Assembly (NCBI GenBank): GCA_046259695.1
Contig: JBJYWX010000209.1
Coordinates: 1 to 44,733, forward strand
DNA length: 44,733 bases
Direction of reading: 5' to 3'
From: Candidatus Promineifilaceae bacterium
GTDB taxonomy: Bacteria > Chloroflexota > Anaerolineae > Promineifilales > Promineifilaceae
Shown here: piece by piece, positions 43,085-44,733 of the stretch
How positions within the stretch are numbered: the stretch's first letter is position 1
Layout: each line of letters opens with the position of its first letter
Notes under the pieces: model-generated
Told to the model about the DNA's origin: nothing
Seen by the model: the letters and a program-made list of their open reading frames with translations, nothing else
The model's database searches: none
Program-made: the position numbers and the translations under genes

Positions 43085-44221
43085 TCACTCCAGCGTCTTC
43101 ATGAACGCGATAATGTCGGCGACGATATCTATTTCAACACCTTGAGAAGCCAGGATCTCTGCCTGCCTGGCGGTGAACAGTTCTTCGTAGTTCAGCGGCA
43201 TAGAGACGGTATAGCCCTCAACAACCTTGGCCGCCGGATCATATATCGACTCACGGATGTAGGCGTCGTCTACAGTCACCACGGTGCCGTCGGATAGTTG
43301 TTCCTCACGGCCGTAAATGCCCTGCCACGTCGGCCCTACAATCTTGGTGCCATCCAGGCTGTGGCAGCTCACGCAGCCAAAGCCTTCAGCGCTGTACCAG
43401 AGAGCGCCACGCTCTTCCGGTGTCATTTCCGCATACTGCGGCGCCGCAAGTTTCTCGGCAATCCAGGTGTCGTATTCATCCTGCGCAACCACGCGCACCG
43501 GCGCGAGCATGTTGGCATGTTGGGTCCCACAGATCTCGGCGCAGCGCACTTTGTACTCGCCGATTTCCGTCGGTGTTATAGAGAGAGTCGTAACCTGGCC
43601 CGGGACCAAATCCTGCTTAACACGAAATTCAGGCACCCAAAAATCATGCAGCACATCTTCAGAGTGCATGTTCAATTGAATTGGTTGATTAACGGGCAAA
43701 ACCAGCTCCGCAGACTGGAACTCTCCTTCGGTAGGGTACTTGAAGCTCCAGGACCACTGGCGGCCGATCACCTCGACCTCCATGGCATTGGGCGCAGCGG
43801 CGGTGATATCACGCAGTACGATTGCTCCCCACACGCCAAGCGCGATAACAATAATTAACGGTATGACCGTCCAGATGATTTCCAGCATCGCATTACCGTG
43901 GACGTGCGGGCCATCTTCCTCATCGTCCGGATTTCGGCGGAAGGCAAAGGCCGAATACAGCATGATGACCATGATCAACGAAAAGAAAAGGGCGATCAGC
44001 CAGAAATGAACGTTGAACATGATATCGATGGGCCCGGCCTGCGAACTGGCAGCGGTCGGCAAGCCGAAAAGCCACGTAAATACCCAGCGCAAGAACAGGG
44101 TTGAGATGAGTATCAAGGCGATAACGCTAATAACGTGTCTAAACTTCTTCATCTTCCGTCCTATAATAATATCCTGCTGCGGGCGCTGTTTTTCTCCCGT
44201 GCGCGCTTGCGCATTGCCCAT
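43085..44221 (-). CDS. ctaC: Cytochrome c oxidase subunit II fused to a C-terminal cytochrome c domain (caa3 type)
   Basis: Two N-terminal TM helices. CuA site HDFWVPEF...CAEICGTQHANM. Heme c motif CVSCHS. The start is uncertain: ATG 44152 (MKKFRHV...) is an alternative to 44221. Confidence 0.85.
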   Translation of the reverse strand: MGNAQARTGEKQRPQQDIIIGRKMKKFRHVISVIALILISTLFLRWVFTWLFGLPTAASSQAGPIDIMFNVHFWLIALFFSLIMVIMLYSAFAFRRNPDDEEDGPHVHGNAMLEIIWTVIPLIIVIALGVWGAIVLRDITAAAPNAMEVEVIGRQWSWSFKYPTEGEFQSAELVLPVNQPIQLNMHSEDVLHDFWVPEFRVKQDLVPGQVTTLSITPTEIGEYKVRCAEICGTQHANMLAPVRVVAQDEYDTWIAEKLAAPQYAEMTPEERGALWYSAEGFGCVSCHSLDGTKIVGPTWQGIYGREEQLSDGTVVTVDDAYIRESIYDPAAKVVEGYTVSMPLNYEELFTARQAEILASQGVEIDIVADIIAFMKTLE

Positions 44222-44306
44222 ATGGCGGCGCCTAAGGAACCATTCAACACAAACTGGTGCGCACCGCCGAGGCTGTATTCAGCCCGCCCCTTAACTTCTA
44301 CATACT

Positions 44307-44733
44307 TCAAGCAGGTCGATTCAAGAAAATGATGAGACCAATACCCAGGCCAAGGACAAGGGCGCCGGCCAATATGACAACGATGGCGTCCCAGGGTATG
44401 CCGGCATCCGCTCTGGCATTTATTTCAGCCAGACGGGTTTTATCCATGCGCAGCGCGAGATACAGCAGGGTTAACAGGAAGAAAGCGCCGCTAATGATCG
44501 CCGCGATATTAATGATCTGGTCCTGGTTAACAATCTGACCTTCAGGAAAAAGAGAGCCCGCAACCAGATACCCCAGCACAATAGCAAAGAAAAGCATCAC
44601 CAGAGAAGTTGCCAGAACAGCCCAGCGTGTATAGTCATGTTGCTGAGTCTGGTCAGCAGGCGCGGCTGCTCGGTCCTCTGCTAATTCCGCGGTCTCACGT
44701 TGCTCCAGAACGGTTGTGCCTTCCTGATAGGAT
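44307..44733 (-). CDS. Membrane protein of unknown function, 5'-partial (N-terminus beyond the right window edge)
   Basis: The ORF track starts at GTG 44600, but the frame stays open to base 44732 (SYQEGTTVLEQRETAELAED...DYTRWAVLATSLVMLFF). The GTG lies in the middle of a predicted TM helix, so the protein most likely starts outside the window. Three TM helices are visible. Confidence 0.4.
   Translation of the reverse strand, partial: SYQEGTTVLEQRETAELAEDRAAAPADQTQQHDYTRWAVLATSLVMLFFAIVLGYLVAGSLFPEGQIVNQDQIINIAAIISGAFFLLTLLYLALRMDKTRLAEINARADAGIPWDAIVVILAGALVLGLGIGLIIFLNRPA

Noticed and set aside
1-44733. Search for tRNA/rRNA genes, CRISPR repeats, IS elements/transposases, integrases, toxin-antitoxin pairs or known defence-system genes
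   Set aside because: No candidates were found. Intergenic regions are short and lack tRNA-like T-arm/acceptor features or regularly spaced repeats. Every large ORF has a housekeeping, envelope or metabolic assignment.

Overview
Gene-dense, moderately GC-rich bacterial chromosomal window. I found no rRNA, tRNA, CRISPR array, transposase or integrase by eye. Many CDSs carry lipobox signal peptides followed by low-complexity linkers. Together with the GT-C/DUF2723 enzymes, GH57 and a caa3-type oxidase, this suggests a Chloroflexota-like organism, but that is a low-confidence guess. Gene order, left to right: a 5'-partial clan GH-A glycosidase; an ArnT/PMT-like GT-C glycosyltransferase (-). Then a plus-strand regulatory locus (3.4-8.7 kb): receiver-only response regulator, two small LysW-fold zinc-ribbon proteins, a secreted Thr/Pro-linker protein, a soluble GAF-HisKA_3 histidine kinase, a NarL/LuxR response regulator and a third LysW-fold protein. 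Next: a SIMPL/DUF541 lipoprotein; a Na/Pi-cotransporter-like membrane protein translationally coupled to a tandem USP. Then a minus-strand glycan-utilisation locus (12-23.5 kb): GH13, GH42, MalE/MalF/MalG-like ABC components, GH57 lipoprotein. Next: asnS; an LPG-synthase-TM-like membrane protein; an aminotransferase coupled to a degenerate Nudix-like ORF, divergent from a PfkB kinase; a small TAT-signal protein. Then an envelope glycosylation operon: GT26, SDR epimerase, GT4, DUF2723 GT-C, lipoprotein. Finally a TgpA-like transglutaminase membrane protein, and a caa3-type cytochrome c oxidase cluster with assembly genes (ctaC-ctaD-subunit IV-ctaE, then ctaG, SURF1 and a secreted/anchored protein). 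The most unusual part is the two-component locus. It holds three LysW-like zinc-ribbon mini-proteins that lack any lysine/arginine carrier-pathway partner and lack the C-terminal Glu acceptor. A bipartite DNA motif recurs upstream of the receiver gene and of the first and third LysW-like genes: a 16-bp 7-2-7 palindrome plus a CAT-N-GCCGATG box. All calls rest on motif recognition in the supplied translations and manual inspection of the DNA. No database search was run.
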